DNA from: Deltaproteobacteria bacterium
GTDB taxonomy: Bacteria; SAR324; NAC60-12
Reading direction: 5' to 3'
DNA: 64,000 nt
Assembly (NCBI GenBank): GCA_038133845.1
Contig: JAYPUA010000004.1
Span: 16,971 to 80,970 of the forward strand
Numbering within the stretch: the first letter of the stretch is position 1; the number at the start of each line of letters is the position of its first letter. Position numbers and translations under genes: made by a program. Positions 1-9,223 of the stretch are shown in pieces. The notes beneath the pieces were generated by a model. It did not search any database. It worked only from the letters and a program-made list of their open reading frames with translations, and was not told the DNA's origin.

Positions 1-457
1 GCTTGCGGGCAACTTCGGCCCCAAGAACCGTGTCGAATGCTTGCCGGAAGACCTGCCCTTCTGCAAGTCGCAGGCGCTGTCGGCGTCCGTAGCGAAAGTG
101 CTGGAAGTATTCCGGAGTGGTCCCCAGGACCCGGAACCCTCGATGCGAGTCTCCCAGGGAAAGCGGAATCGTCCAGCGTACCCGAGGGTCCTTCCGGAAA
201 GCTTCATAACTCTCCCAGCTCAGGTTGTTCGGGGCGTTGCCAATCCGAAAGACCGAATAGAGCAGGAGTTGGAGCGAACCCCCGCGCGCGCCGACGATGA
301 GGTCGGTGCCGGAGACGGCGCTGGCGAAGCTGCTCCGGATGCTCTTGCGGATCTGCTCCACGCCCAGCAGGAGCATCACGCTGACCATGATCGAAAAAAC
401 CGTCAGCATTGCGGTGCCCCGCCGGTTCCAGAGAGACTTTCCGATCAGCCTCAGCAT
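1..457 (-). CDS. FtsX-like (DUF214) ABC transporter permease, N-terminal part. The gene runs off the window edge.
   Basis: Reverse-strand translation from the ATG at 457 reads MLRLIGKSLWNRRGTAMLTVFSIMVSVMLLLGVEQIRKS..., typical of MacB/LolC-type permease N-termini. Its start overlaps the stop of the upstream ATPase (ATGCTGA). It is not in the ORF track because there is no stop inside the window. Confidence 0.6.
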   Translation of the reverse strand, partial: MLRLIGKSLWNRRGTAMLTVFSIMVSVMLLLGVEQIRKSIRSSFASAVSGTDLIVGARGGSLQLLLYSVFRIGNAPNNLSWESYEAFRKDPRVRWTIPLSLGDSHRGFRVLGTTPEYFQHFRYGRRQRLRLAEGQVFRQAFDTVLGAEVARK

Positions 458-1167
458 GGACCTCCGGAGGCTGAAGCTGCGTGATTGAGCTCCGCAAGCG
501 AGAGCTGCCGGTCAAAGTGGAGGCCCAGATCGGCATCGTGGCTGACGAAGAGCAGAGCGCTCCCGGAGGCTCCGGACTCGCGGAACAGCAGCTCCAGGAA
601 GTCTTCGCGAGCATCGGCGTCCAGAGCCGAGGTGGGCTCGTCGGCGATGATCAGCTCCGGGCGTCCGATCAGCGCCCGAGCGGCGGCAACGCGCTGTTGC
701 TGCCCCACGCTCAACTCAGTCACCGGACGGTTGTTTCGCAAAGGCTCCCCCAGCCCCAGTGCCTGAAGCAGACGCTCCGCCTCCGGAATCCAGGTCCCGG
801 AAGAGCCAACCCGCTCCGCACGCTTCCGGGAAAAACGCAGCGGAAGCAGCACGTTCTCCGTCATCGAGAGGTAGGGCAGCAGGTTGAAGAGCTGAAACAG
901 GAACCCCAGGTGCGCTACCCGGAAAGCATCGCGCCGAGAGGAAGAGAGGAGGGACAGGTCCTGTCCAAGAACCTCTACGCTCCCGGAGTGAGCGAGCAGA
1001 ATCCCTCCGACCAGCGAAAGCAGCGTGGACTTCCCACTCCCGCTGGGGCCCTGCAAGAACACGCGCTCTCCGGACTCCAGAACAAACTCCGGGAGGTGCA
1101 GCAGGTCCCGGGTTCCTCCGGGCCAGCGGAAGTGAACGTGTTGCAGGTGCAGGACTGGAGGGGCCAT
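451..1167 (-). CDS. ABC transporter ATP-binding protein (LolD/MacB-type ATPase).
   Basis: Walker A GPSGSGKST, ABC signature LSVGQQQRV and Walker B IIADEPTSALD are all present. Confidence 0.9.
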   Translation of the reverse strand: MAPPVLHLQHVHFRWPGGTRDLLHLPEFVLESGERVFLQGPSGSGKSTLLSLVGGILLAHSGSVEVLGQDLSLLSSSRRDAFRVAHLGFLFQLFNLLPYLSMTENVLLPLRFSRKRAERVGSSGTWIPEAERLLQALGLGEPLRNNRPVTELSVGQQQRVAAARALIGRPELIIADEPTSALDADAREDFLELLFRESGASGSALLFVSHDADLGLHFDRQLSLAELNHAASASGGPC

Positions 1168-1171
1168 TCGG

Positions 1172-1759
1172 TCAGTCCCAGCCTTGAATGATCACGTCTC
1201 CTGCCTGCAGCGTCTGGGCGCCTTGCTGCTCATGCACCAGCCACTGCACCCGGATCTCCTCGGTCCGGGGGAACTCACGGAGCATCCCGATCTCCACGGC
1301 CTCCACGGCTTCCGGGTTGTGGCAGAGCCAGCGCCACTGAGCCTGAAATTCCGAGTGGGCCGTCTCGTGCCCCTCTTCCTCTGAGTGCTCATGCTCCGAA
1401 TCGTCCTCATGCTCTTCGTGACCTTGGTGCATTGCCGCATCCTTAAACAGCGTGTTCTCCACACGCACTCCCACCGGGAGGCACTCCGCTCCTTCAGAGA
1501 TCACAAACAGGCGCTCCGGATTCGTCAGCGTCTGCACTGCCTGAGCAAAGACCTCCCGGTCCGCATCCGCCTCCGGAGGGTGCTCAAATCCCACCAGACT
1601 CTCTGAAGGTGCCTCCCACTCCACCTGCAACAGCTCTCCCTCAAGCACCAGCATCAACTGGGCGACTCCATGCTCATGCGACTCCATCTGCCGAACTTGT
1701 GCCAGCGTAGTGGCTGCTACCAGACTCCCTACCAAGAGCATACTCCACATCCTCAACAT
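1172..1759 (-). CDS. Periplasmic His-rich metal-binding protein, DUF2796 / ZrgA-like.
   Basis: Signal peptide MLRMWSMLLVGSLVAATTLAQV and a His/Glu/Asp-rich stretch HQGHEEHEDDSEHEHSEEEGHETAHSE. It sits directly upstream of the ABC ATPase and FtsX-type permease, the same order as Vibrio zrgABC. The ORF-track start at 1783 is TTG; the first ATG is at 1759. Confidence 0.55.
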   Translation of the reverse strand: MLRMWSMLLVGSLVAATTLAQVRQMESHEHGVAQLMLVLEGELLQVEWEAPSESLVGFEHPPEADADREVFAQAVQTLTNPERLFVISEGAECLPVGVRVENTLFKDAAMHQGHEEHEDDSEHEHSEEEGHETAHSEFQAQWRWLCHNPEAVEAVEIGMLREFPRTEEIRVQWLVHEQQGAQTLQAGDVIIQGWD

Positions 1760-1786
1760 CTGTCTCTCCAAAAATGGGTTCAAAAT

Positions 1787-1809
1787 GTTTTGTTATACTG
1801 TAACAAAAC
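1787..1809. promoter_or_regulatory. Candidate Zur box. Inverted repeat GTTTTGTTA-N5-TAACAAAAC located 28 nt upstream of the zrgA-like start.
   Basis: The two 9-bp arms are a perfect inverted repeat. The TGTTA...TAACA core resembles proteobacterial Zur operators, and the position overlaps the expected -10/RBS region. Confidence 0.4.
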
Positions 1810-1934
1810 GCAGTCTAAAAACCTCCGAGCGGAAGGTCAAGCAAGATTTTGTTGGGGCCGTCGACGAGACATTCCGAGCGGGGATATTCTTATTTTGACT
1901 TGAAGCGGGGGGCTGAGTATCGTGCTGAGGTATT

Positions 1935-4277
1935 TTGAACCCTTGTACCATGGAAGAAACTTCGATGACAGAACTCGCCACTTCTCAGACCCCAGTGAAA
2001 TCCAAGGCTGGAGACTCTCTGCGCCGTGTAGAGGACTCGCGCCTGATCGTCGGCCAAGGCCGCTTCACGGACAACCGTCCGGATGCCGGAGAGCTTCACC
2101 TGCACCTGGTACGCTCCTACCTGGCCCATGCGCGTATTGTAAAGGTGGACCTGGACGCTGCCCGGAAGAGTCCGGGGGTCGTTGCGGTCTACACTGCGAA
2201 AGAGATGATCGCCGACGGGATCTCTCCCTTGCCGGCAGTGGAAGGGTTCAAGCGTCCGGATGGCGAGCCGATGGTCCACCCGGACTGGCACGCTCTATCC
2301 GATGGACGCGTTCGCTACGTAGGACATCCGATCGTGGCCATTCTGGCAGAAACCCAGGTTCAGGCTGCCGATGCCGCACAGCTGGTGGAGGTGGAATATG
2401 AAGAGCTTCCTGCCGCCGGGAACCTGGCTGCCGCCAGCGCTCCGGGAGCCCCACTCGTTTGGGAGGGGTTGCCGGACAATGCCGTGGCATACATGGGCTT
2501 TGGAAGTGAAGAGGCTGTGGAGCAGGCCTTTGCCCAGGCACACCAGGTGACCAGACTGGAGTTGACCAACAACCGCCTGGTGGGCAACGCGATGGAACCT
2601 CGGACAGTGATCTGCGAATATGACGCGGAGTCGGGACGCAGGACCATCCGACTGGGACACCAGCATCCCCACGGATTTCTGGCGACCTTGAAAGGCATCT
2701 TCAACGAGGAGCCGGAGCGGTTCCGGGTCATCGTGGAAGACATCGGCGGGGGTTTCGGGGTCAAGCAGAACACCTACGCGGAAGATGTGGTCGCAATCTA
2801 TGCGGCCGGGAAGCTCAAGCGCACGATCCGCTGGCGGGGAAGCCGGACGGAGGACTTTCAGGCCACGGTTCATGGGCGTGATCAGATCAACCGCGCGGAG
2901 TTGGCCTGTGATGCCGAGGGCAAGATTCTGGGCTTGCGGATCCTGACGCTGGGCAACATCGGGGCGTTTCCCACAGGAGCCGGGGTCGCCATTCCGCTGT
3001 TTGTCGGCCCCAAGGTGGCGACCTCGCTCTACCATGTCCCGGCATTCCGCCTCGAGGTTCTGGCCTACGCCTCTCATACCGCTCCGATGGGAGCCTACCG
3101 AGGGGCCGGACGTCCGGAGTCGATCTACCTGATGGAGCGCCTGATGGACCAGGCTGCCCGGGAGTTGGGGATCGACCCGCTGGAGATCCGGCGCAAGAAC
3201 TTCATCCCCAAGGAGTCGATGCCCTATACCAATCCGATGGGAGAAGTGTATGACAGCGGAGACTTCAACACCGTGATGGACCTTTGCCTGAAGCAGGCCG
3301 ATTGGGAGGGTTTTGAGGCACGTCGTGCGGAGTCGGCACAGCGTGGCAAGTTGCGTGGACGCGGGATCTCCTGCTACATCGAGTGGACCGGAGCCGAGTG
3401 GTCGGAACAGGTCACCCTGGTGGCCTCCGGAACAGGCACCTTCACCTGCTACTCCGGGACCCAGGCCATGGGTCAGGGCATCGAGACGGCCTACCTGCAG
3501 CTGCTCTCCGAGTCGATGGACCTCCCGCTGGAGCAACTCCGGGTCATTCAGGGGGATACCGACCAGGTCCTGGGCAAGGGCAGCTATGCATCGCGCTCGC
3601 TCTACATCGGAGGTTCGACCATCCGTGAGGGCTCCCAGAAGTTCATGGAGGCTGCCCGACAGCTTGCCGCCGAAGCGCTGGAGGCTGCTCCGGAAGACCT
3701 GGTCTATGCCGATGGACGATTCGAGGTCGTGGGGACCAACATTGGAGTCGGGCTGTTTGAGCTGGCGGCTCAGCAGCCAGAGCAGAAGATCTCCGTGGTT
3801 TCCAAGACCAAGATCCCCGTGGCCAGTTGGCCCAACGGAGCACAGATCGCCGAGGTGGAGGTTGACCCGGAGACCGGGATGATTCAGATGATGAGTCTGA
3901 ACTCGGTGGACGATGTGGGCAATGCGGTCAACCCGATGCTGGTGGCCGGACAGGTTCACGGCGGGATGGCTCAGTCCGTAGGACAAGCGCTCCTTGAGGA
4001 CACGGTCTACGACGAGAACGGACAGTTCATCAACTCGACCTTTCTGGACTACGCAATGCCTCGTGCGGACACAATGCCTTCGCTGCAGACGAACCTGTTT
4101 GGAGGCGAGCCCTGCCGCACCAACCCGTTGGGATCCAAAGGGGTTGGAGAATTGGGCACCGTTGGAGCGACTCCAGCGGTGGTCAACGCGGTGCTGGACG
4201 CCCTCAAGGAGCGCGGAGTCGAGCACCTGGAGATGCCGTTGACGCCTCAAAGGGTCTGGGCCGCGCTGAACGGCTGA
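1935..4277 (+). CDS. Molybdopterin-binding large subunit of the xanthine dehydrogenase / aerobic CO dehydrogenase family (CoxL-like, form II).
   Basis: The 780-aa product has an N-terminal RVEDSRLIVGQGRFTDN motif and the form-II active-site loop AYRGAGR (not the form-I VAYRCSFR). Alternative starts lie at 1950 and 1965. Confidence 0.8.
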   Translation: MNPCTMEETSMTELATSQTPVKSKAGDSLRRVEDSRLIVGQGRFTDNRPDAGELHLHLVRSYLAHARIVKVDLDAARKSPGVVAVYTAKEMIADGISPLPAVEGFKRPDGEPMVHPDWHALSDGRVRYVGHPIVAILAETQVQAADAAQLVEVEYEELPAAGNLAAASAPGAPLVWEGLPDNAVAYMGFGSEEAVEQAFAQAHQVTRLELTNNRLVGNAMEPRTVICEYDAESGRRTIRLGHQHPHGFLATLKGIFNEEPERFRVIVEDIGGGFGVKQNTYAEDVVAIYAAGKLKRTIRWRGSRTEDFQATVHGRDQINRAELACDAEGKILGLRILTLGNIGAFPTGAGVAIPLFVGPKVATSLYHVPAFRLEVLAYASHTAPMGAYRGAGRPESIYLMERLMDQAARELGIDPLEIRRKNFIPKESMPYTNPMGEVYDSGDFNTVMDLCLKQADWEGFEARRAESAQRGKLRGRGISCYIEWTGAEWSEQVTLVASGTGTFTCYSGTQAMGQGIETAYLQLLSESMDLPLEQLRVIQGDTDQVLGKGSYASRSLYIGGSTIREGSQKFMEAARQLAAEALEAAPEDLVYADGRFEVVGTNIGVGLFELAAQQPEQKISVVSKTKIPVASWPNGAQIAEVEVDPETGMIQMMSLNSVDDVGNAVNPMLVAGQVHGGMAQSVGQALLEDTVYDENGQFINSTFLDYAMPRADTMPSLQTNLFGGEPCRTNPLGSKGVGELGTVGATPAVVNAVLDALKERGVEHLEMPLTPQRVWAALNG

Positions 4278-4412
4278 ACCTTGCCGGAGCTCAGCCACAG
4301 ACCGGAGTGAGCACTTCACGGACTCCCAAATCCGTGAAGGCTCCCTGGTCGAGCTTCGGAAAAGCCGGAGCGCCTCCTCCCGCACTTCAGTCACCTTCGT
4401 CCCTCCGCTTGC

Positions 4413-5297
4413 ATGTTCAGTCACTTTCAGAACCTCAAGGCCTACAGCCTGCTGACCCCGGCGCTGCTGCTGATCACGCTCAGTGGAGTGATCCCGCTGG
4501 GGTTTGTCCTCTACTTCTCGCTGCACGACTCCTTCTTTGGCAACCACTACATCTGGGTCGGCACCACGTGGTACGAGCAGGTGCTCAGCTCTTCGGAGTT
4601 TCATGCGGCGCTGGCCCGGAGTCTGGGGTTCTCCCTGCTGGCCCTGGGGATTCAGCTCCCCTTGGGCATCGCGATTGCGCTCAAGCTGCCAACCGAAGGG
4701 GCCCTGGCCCGGATCTACCTCATCGTGCTGGCAATTCCCCTGCTGATGCCAGTGATTGTGGTGGGGTACATCTGGAAGTTCATGACGATTCCGGGAATCG
4801 GCCTGCTCAGCGGGATGGTGGAGGCCGGGCTGGGGCAAAAGTATGACATGAACAACCCACTGGTGGTCTGGATCACGCTGCTCCTGATGGACACCTGGCA
4901 CTGGACGAGCCTCGTGGTGCTGCTCTGCTATGCCGGACTGCGGACGATTCCCGGGCCCTACTACCAGGCTGCCGCGATCGACGGGGCCGGACGCTGGTCG
5001 GTCTTTTGGCACATCCAGCTCCCCAAGCTGAAGCTGGTGCTGCTGATTGCCGGGCTGCTGCGCTTCATGGACAGCTTCATCATCTACACCGAGGCCTACG
5101 TGATGACGAGGGGCGGCCCCGGAGTTTCAACCAACTTCCTCTCGCTGGAGTTGATCCAGACGGCAACCATCCAGTTTGACCTGGGCGAGGGCGGGGCGAT
5201 GGCAGTGATCTATGCTCTGATCGTCGTCGTCGTCTCCTGGATCTTTTTCTCGCGCATCGTTCCTCCGAAAGAGCGCGGGCGCACGGGGGCCGCGTGA
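4413..5297 (+). CDS. Carbohydrate-type ABC transporter permease (MalF/UgpA-like).
   Basis: Multi-TM protein with the EAA-loop AAIDGAGRWSVFWHIQLP. The ATG start was verified. Confidence 0.85.
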   Translation: MFSHFQNLKAYSLLTPALLLITLSGVIPLGFVLYFSLHDSFFGNHYIWVGTTWYEQVLSSSEFHAALARSLGFSLLALGIQLPLGIAIALKLPTEGALARIYLIVLAIPLLMPVIVVGYIWKFMTIPGIGLLSGMVEAGLGQKYDMNNPLVVWITLLLMDTWHWTSLVVLLCYAGLRTIPGPYYQAAAIDGAGRWSVFWHIQLPKLKLVLLIAGLLRFMDSFIIYTEAYVMTRGGPGVSTNFLSLELIQTATIQFDLGEGGAMAVIYALIVVVVSWIFFSRIVPPKERGRTGAA

Positions 5298-6100
5298 AGC
5301 CTCGGTTCTCCATACTCCCGGTCCTGTACCTGGCATTCCTGCTGATCCCGATCTACTGGTTGCTCACGATGAGCTTCAAGACCAACGCGGAGATCGGAGG
5401 GCAGCTCACACTCTACCCGCACCACCCGACACTGGCGAGCTATCGCTACATCCTCAGCGAGCCCAGCTGGTTCTGGGGCTACGTCAACGCCTCGGCATAT
5501 GTGCTGCTCAATGGGCTGCTCTGCGTCAGTGTGGCACTCCCGGCGGCGTATGCCTTCTCGCGATTTCAGTTCTTTGCCGCGAGGCCTTTGTTCTTCGGAT
5601 TCCTCGCGTTCCGGATGCTCTCTCCCGCCATCTTGCTGATCCCGATGGTCCAGCTCTTCTCGGACCTGAACCTGATCGACACCTACCTCGCGGTGGCCCT
5701 GGCCCACTGTTTCTTCAACCTACCCATTGCCATCTGGATTCTGGAGGGGTTCATCTCTTCGGTCCCCCGGGAACTGGACGAGTTGGCCCAGATTGAGGGC
5801 TACAGCTTTTCCCGCTTCTTCCGGAAGATCCTGATCCCGGAGATTGCCCCCGGATTGGCAGTCACGGTGTTCTTTTGCTTCATGTTCTCCTGGACCGAGG
5901 TGATCCTCTCCAACGCGCTGACAACGATCTATGCCAAGCCGATCGGAGCGATCATGTCCCGGGTCTCCAGCGTCTTTGTCGCCAACGTCGCCATGCTCTC
6001 GGCCGCTGGCGTACTGACGCTGGTTCCGGGGATCCTGGTGGTCATTCTGGTGCGCAAGCACCTCGCCCGCGGGTTCTCCCTGGGACGGGTGGACCTGTAG
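5294..6100 (+). CDS. Carbohydrate-type ABC transporter permease (MalG/UgpE-like).
   Basis: GTG start overlaps the stop of the upstream permease. EAA-loop LAQIEGYSFSRFFRKILIPEIAP. Confidence 0.85.
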   Translation: MKPRFSILPVLYLAFLLIPIYWLLTMSFKTNAEIGGQLTLYPHHPTLASYRYILSEPSWFWGYVNASAYVLLNGLLCVSVALPAAYAFSRFQFFAARPLFFGFLAFRMLSPAILLIPMVQLFSDLNLIDTYLAVALAHCFFNLPIAIWILEGFISSVPRELDELAQIEGYSFSRFFRKILIPEIAPGLAVTVFFCFMFSWTEVILSNALTTIYAKPIGAIMSRVSSVFVANVAMLSAAGVLTLVPGILVVILVRKHLARGFSLGRVDL

Positions 6101-6209
6101 TCTCCGGCATGACCACAGACATTTGGCTCGATTGTTTCCTCAACAATCCGAAAACTGAAGAGATCTTGCCACCAACATCATCATCTCTTTGTGAAGGAGA
6201 ACGAGACTC

Positions 6210-6968
6210 ATGAATTTGGAAGGAAAAGTCATTGTCATCACTGGAGCAGCCCAGGGGCTGGGTCGGCAATTTGCCTTGGACTGTGCCGCAGAAGGAGCGC
6301 GAGTGGCCCTGGTCGATCGAAGCCCGGAGCCTCTGGAGGCGACCCGGGCAGAGCTGGAGAACTCCGGAGCCGAGGTGAGAGCCTACACCGTGGATGTTTC
6401 CCAGGAAGAAGAGGTGGTCTCGCTGTACGAGCAGGTGGTGCAGGATTTTGGAGGACTGGATGCCAGCATCCAGAATGCAGGGATCCTCCGGGATAGCCTG
6501 CTGGTCAAGGAAAAAGACGGACAGATCCGCAAGTTCCCACTGGACAAGTGGCAGTCCGTAATCGACATCAACCTGACCGGAGTCTTTCTCTGCGGGAGGG
6601 AAGCAGCAGCCCAGATGATCCGACTGAAGCGCCCGGGGGTGCTGATCAACATCTCCAGCATCGCCCGGCACGGCAACTTTGGGCAGAGCAACTACTCGGC
6701 AGCAAAAGCCGGGGTGGCCGCAATGGCAGTGCTCTGGGCGAAGGAGCTGGCTCCATACGGCATCCGCGCCGCAGCGGTCGCTCCGGGCTTCACCGCGACG
6801 GAGATGGTCGTCTCCCTCAAGGAAGAGGTGAAGGCGATCTTCACCGAACAGGTCCCGCTGAAGCGCTTTGCAGAAACCCGGGAGATCTCGGACGGGGTGC
6901 TCTTCATCCTGAAGAACGACTACTTTACCGGAGAGATCATCGAGATCAGCGGCGGCGCCCGGATCTGA
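6210..6968 (+). CDS. SDR-family oxidoreductase (3-oxoacyl-ACP-reductase-like).
   Basis: N-terminal ITGAAQGLG Rossmann motif; NISS plus the YSAAK catalytic tetrad. Confidence 0.85.
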   Translation: MNLEGKVIVITGAAQGLGRQFALDCAAEGARVALVDRSPEPLEATRAELENSGAEVRAYTVDVSQEEEVVSLYEQVVQDFGGLDASIQNAGILRDSLLVKEKDGQIRKFPLDKWQSVIDINLTGVFLCGREAAAQMIRLKRPGVLINISSIARHGNFGQSNYSAAKAGVAAMAVLWAKELAPYGIRAAAVAPGFTATEMVVSLKEEVKAIFTEQVPLKRFAETREISDGVLFILKNDYFTGEIIEISGGARI

Positions 6969-6984
6969 TTTTTTGAAAAAGCTT

Positions 6985-7332
6985 ATGATGATTCAAAAAG
7001 CCATTGAGCACAAGCTGACAGAGGCCTTCGCTCCGGCCTTTCTGGAGGTGGAGAACGAGAGCCATCGTCACAGCGTCGCTCCGGGTTCAGAGTCGCACTT
7101 CAAGGTCACGGTGGTCTCCGGACAGTTTGAAGGCCTCAAACTGCGGGAGCGGCATCAGGCGGTTTACCAGGTGTTGGAGGAGGAGCTTTCCGGAGGAGTC
7201 CATGCGCTGTCCATCCGGGCTCAGACCCCCGAACAGTGGGAGGCCGCAGGAGGGAAAACGCACCAGACTCCGGACTGCCGGGGAGGCGATGGAGCGGCGA
7301 GGATGAGGGCGAATTCGGGGCGGCAAGCCTGA
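6985..7332 (+). CDS. BolA-family protein (IbaG/YrbA-like) with a C-terminal extension of about 25 aa.
   Basis: SHFKVTVVSGQFEGLKLRERHQAVYQVL...GVHALSIRAQTPEQW matches the BolA fold motifs. The ORF-track start at 6973 is TTG; the first ATG is at 6985. Confidence 0.7.
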   Translation: MMIQKAIEHKLTEAFAPAFLEVENESHRHSVAPGSESHFKVTVVSGQFEGLKLRERHQAVYQVLEEELSGGVHALSIRAQTPEQWEAAGGKTHQTPDCRGGDGAARMRANSGRQA

Positions 7333-7499
7333 CTCACAAAAGGCTTGTCAAAGCTTCAGGAGTTGCCAAACTTTTTTCACGCTGTGTGACTGAAGGCCCG
7401 CTGTGGCCCCCCAGATCCCGGGGGTTGAGCCTTCAGCGCTGTCGTTGTCTCCTCTCTTGAGAGAGGCAAGCCTCAACCTGATTCTCGCAAGGAAATCCA

Positions 7500-8000
7500 A
7501 TGGCCCAAATCACCCTGCGCGGCAACGCGATCAACACCTGTGGCGACCTGCCTTCCAACGGAAGCGCCGCTCCCCAGTTCACGCTGACCAACAAGGACCT
7601 CGGAGAAATGACTCTGGCGTCGCTGGCTGGAAAGAACGTGATCCTGAACATCTACCCCAGTATCGACACTCCCACCTGTGCGACGTCCACCCGGACCTTC
7701 AACGAGTTGATGTCCGGCAAGGAGGACACCGTGGTGGTCTGCGTGTCTGCGGACCTGCCGTTCGCGCAGTCTCGCTTCTGTGGTGCCGAAGGGTTGGAGA
7801 ATGTTCACACCGCCTCGACCTTCCGGAATCCGGAGTTCGGCGAGCAATTCGGAGTGACGATCATCGATGGGCCGCTGGCCGGATTGATGGCCCGGGCGAT
7901 TGTGGTGATGGATGGTTCCGGAAAGGTGGTTCACACCGAGTTGGTCTCGGAGATCGCCCAGGAGCCCAACTATGACGCGGCCATGAGCGCAGTGGCCTGA
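7500..8000 (+). CDS. tpx: Thiol peroxidase (atypical 2-Cys peroxiredoxin).
   Basis: The 166-aa product carries the Tpx motifs YPSIDTPTCATS and VSADLPFAQSRFC. Confidence 0.9.
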   Translation: MAQITLRGNAINTCGDLPSNGSAAPQFTLTNKDLGEMTLASLAGKNVILNIYPSIDTPTCATSTRTFNELMSGKEDTVVVCVSADLPFAQSRFCGAEGLENVHTASTFRNPEFGEQFGVTIIDGPLAGLMARAIVVMDGSGKVVHTELVSEIAQEPNYDAAMSAVA

Positions 8001-8003
8001 ACC

Positions 8004-9215
8004 CTAGCGCAAAGAGACGCCTTCGAGGGAGTCATCCCCCGGAGGCGCACTCTCCAAGACTTCCTTCCGGGCCACCAGCAAAAACAGCCTCCCGGCCTGT
8101 TTCATCGGACCGGCAATGCGCTCGGCCCGCTCCCCATTTCCCCAGAAAATATCTGCCCGCCCGTGCCCACGGATTGCTCCGCCCGTGTCCTGAACCACAC
8201 CAAATCTCCGCAGAGGGCGCGGCTTGTTCTCTTCGGGGAAGGCTGCTGCCGGATAGGTGGTCTCCAGCCAGACCAGGCCACCTTTGGGAATCACTCGACG
8301 GTCCATGGCAATCGAACGTTCCGGAGTCAGCGGGACCTCGATGTTTCCCAGTGGGCCCTCCTCCACAAGCCGGAAGAAGGTGTAGCTCGGATTTGTTGTC
8401 AGGATCGACTCCACCTCGTCCGGATGCTCATAGAGGTACTGCTTGATCGACTGCAGGGACATCTGCTCCCGGGGAATTTTATCGAGCAGCAGACGCCCGA
8501 TGGCAAAGTAGGAGTGCCCATTCTGCCCGGCATAGTTCAGGCGAAGCAGCGTCCCGTTGTCCAACTGAACCAGCCCGGAGCCTTGAATCTGGAGGAAGAA
8601 GACCTCGATGTCGTTTTCCAGGTAGGCCAGTGGCTGGGCCCGCTGATCCAATGAATTCTGATAGACAATTTCAGAGCGATCGTCATACGGAATCAGGCGC
8701 TTCCCGGAGAGCTTCCCGCGCAGCGTGCGCCCCTCAAGTTCATCCGAGAAGGCTCCCAGGTCGGCTTCAATCAGGTCCTCCGGCATCGCGTAGAGAGGCG
8801 AGGCGAAGGCCTCCTCCTCTGGCTGAAGACGTCCGGACAGCACGGGTTCGTAGTATCCGGTGAAGAAGGCCCGTCCCTCTTCGTTGCGGCTTTCAAAGAT
8901 GTGGAAATCTGCTCGCAAGCGCTGCTCCAGTTCGTCCTCGGAGAGGGTCTGCTGGAGGAAGAGGAAGTGGCGCATCGAGGCCTCCATCTCCCGGGCGGTA
9001 TAGGTCCACTCTCCATAGGTGAAGCTGCGGTCATCCGGGAGCCGGCCGTAGTATTCCAGCGATCGCCTGATCGCTTCGGCAAGCCCGGCGTAGCCCCCAT
9101 CGTCCACAAGGTCAGGCAGCACGGCATCGGCACCGACCGGGTACAGCCCAGGCTTGGGCTGGTGGCTGCACCCAACCAGGAGCAGCAACAGCAACGGGAG
9201 GACATACCAGCGCAT
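8004..9215 (-). CDS. mltA: Membrane-bound lytic murein transglycosylase A.
   Basis: Lipoprotein signal LLLLLLVGCS. The product is about 400 aa with MltA-specific and 3D domain-like segments. Confidence 0.8.
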   Translation of the reverse strand: MRWYVLPLLLLLLVGCSHQPKPGLYPVGADAVLPDLVDDGGYAGLAEAIRRSLEYYGRLPDDRSFTYGEWTYTAREMEASMRHFLFLQQTLSEDELEQRLRADFHIFESRNEEGRAFFTGYYEPVLSGRLQPEEEAFASPLYAMPEDLIEADLGAFSDELEGRTLRGKLSGKRLIPYDDRSEIVYQNSLDQRAQPLAYLENDIEVFFLQIQGSGLVQLDNGTLLRLNYAGQNGHSYFAIGRLLLDKIPREQMSLQSIKQYLYEHPDEVESILTTNPSYTFFRLVEEGPLGNIEVPLTPERSIAMDRRVIPKGGLVWLETTYPAAAFPEENKPRPLRRFGVVQDTGGAIRGHGRADIFWGNGERAERIAGPMKQAGRLFLLVARKEVLESAPPGDDSLEGVSLR

Positions 9216-9223
9216 GACAACTC

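Noticed and set aside
2295-5012. A 905-aa ORF on the minus strand, antisense to the CoxL-like gene and the first permease.
   Set aside because: Typical stop-poor antisense frame in high-GC DNA. The product is low-complexity and rich in R/G/P/Q, with no domain signatures. The sense-strand genes have clear family motifs.
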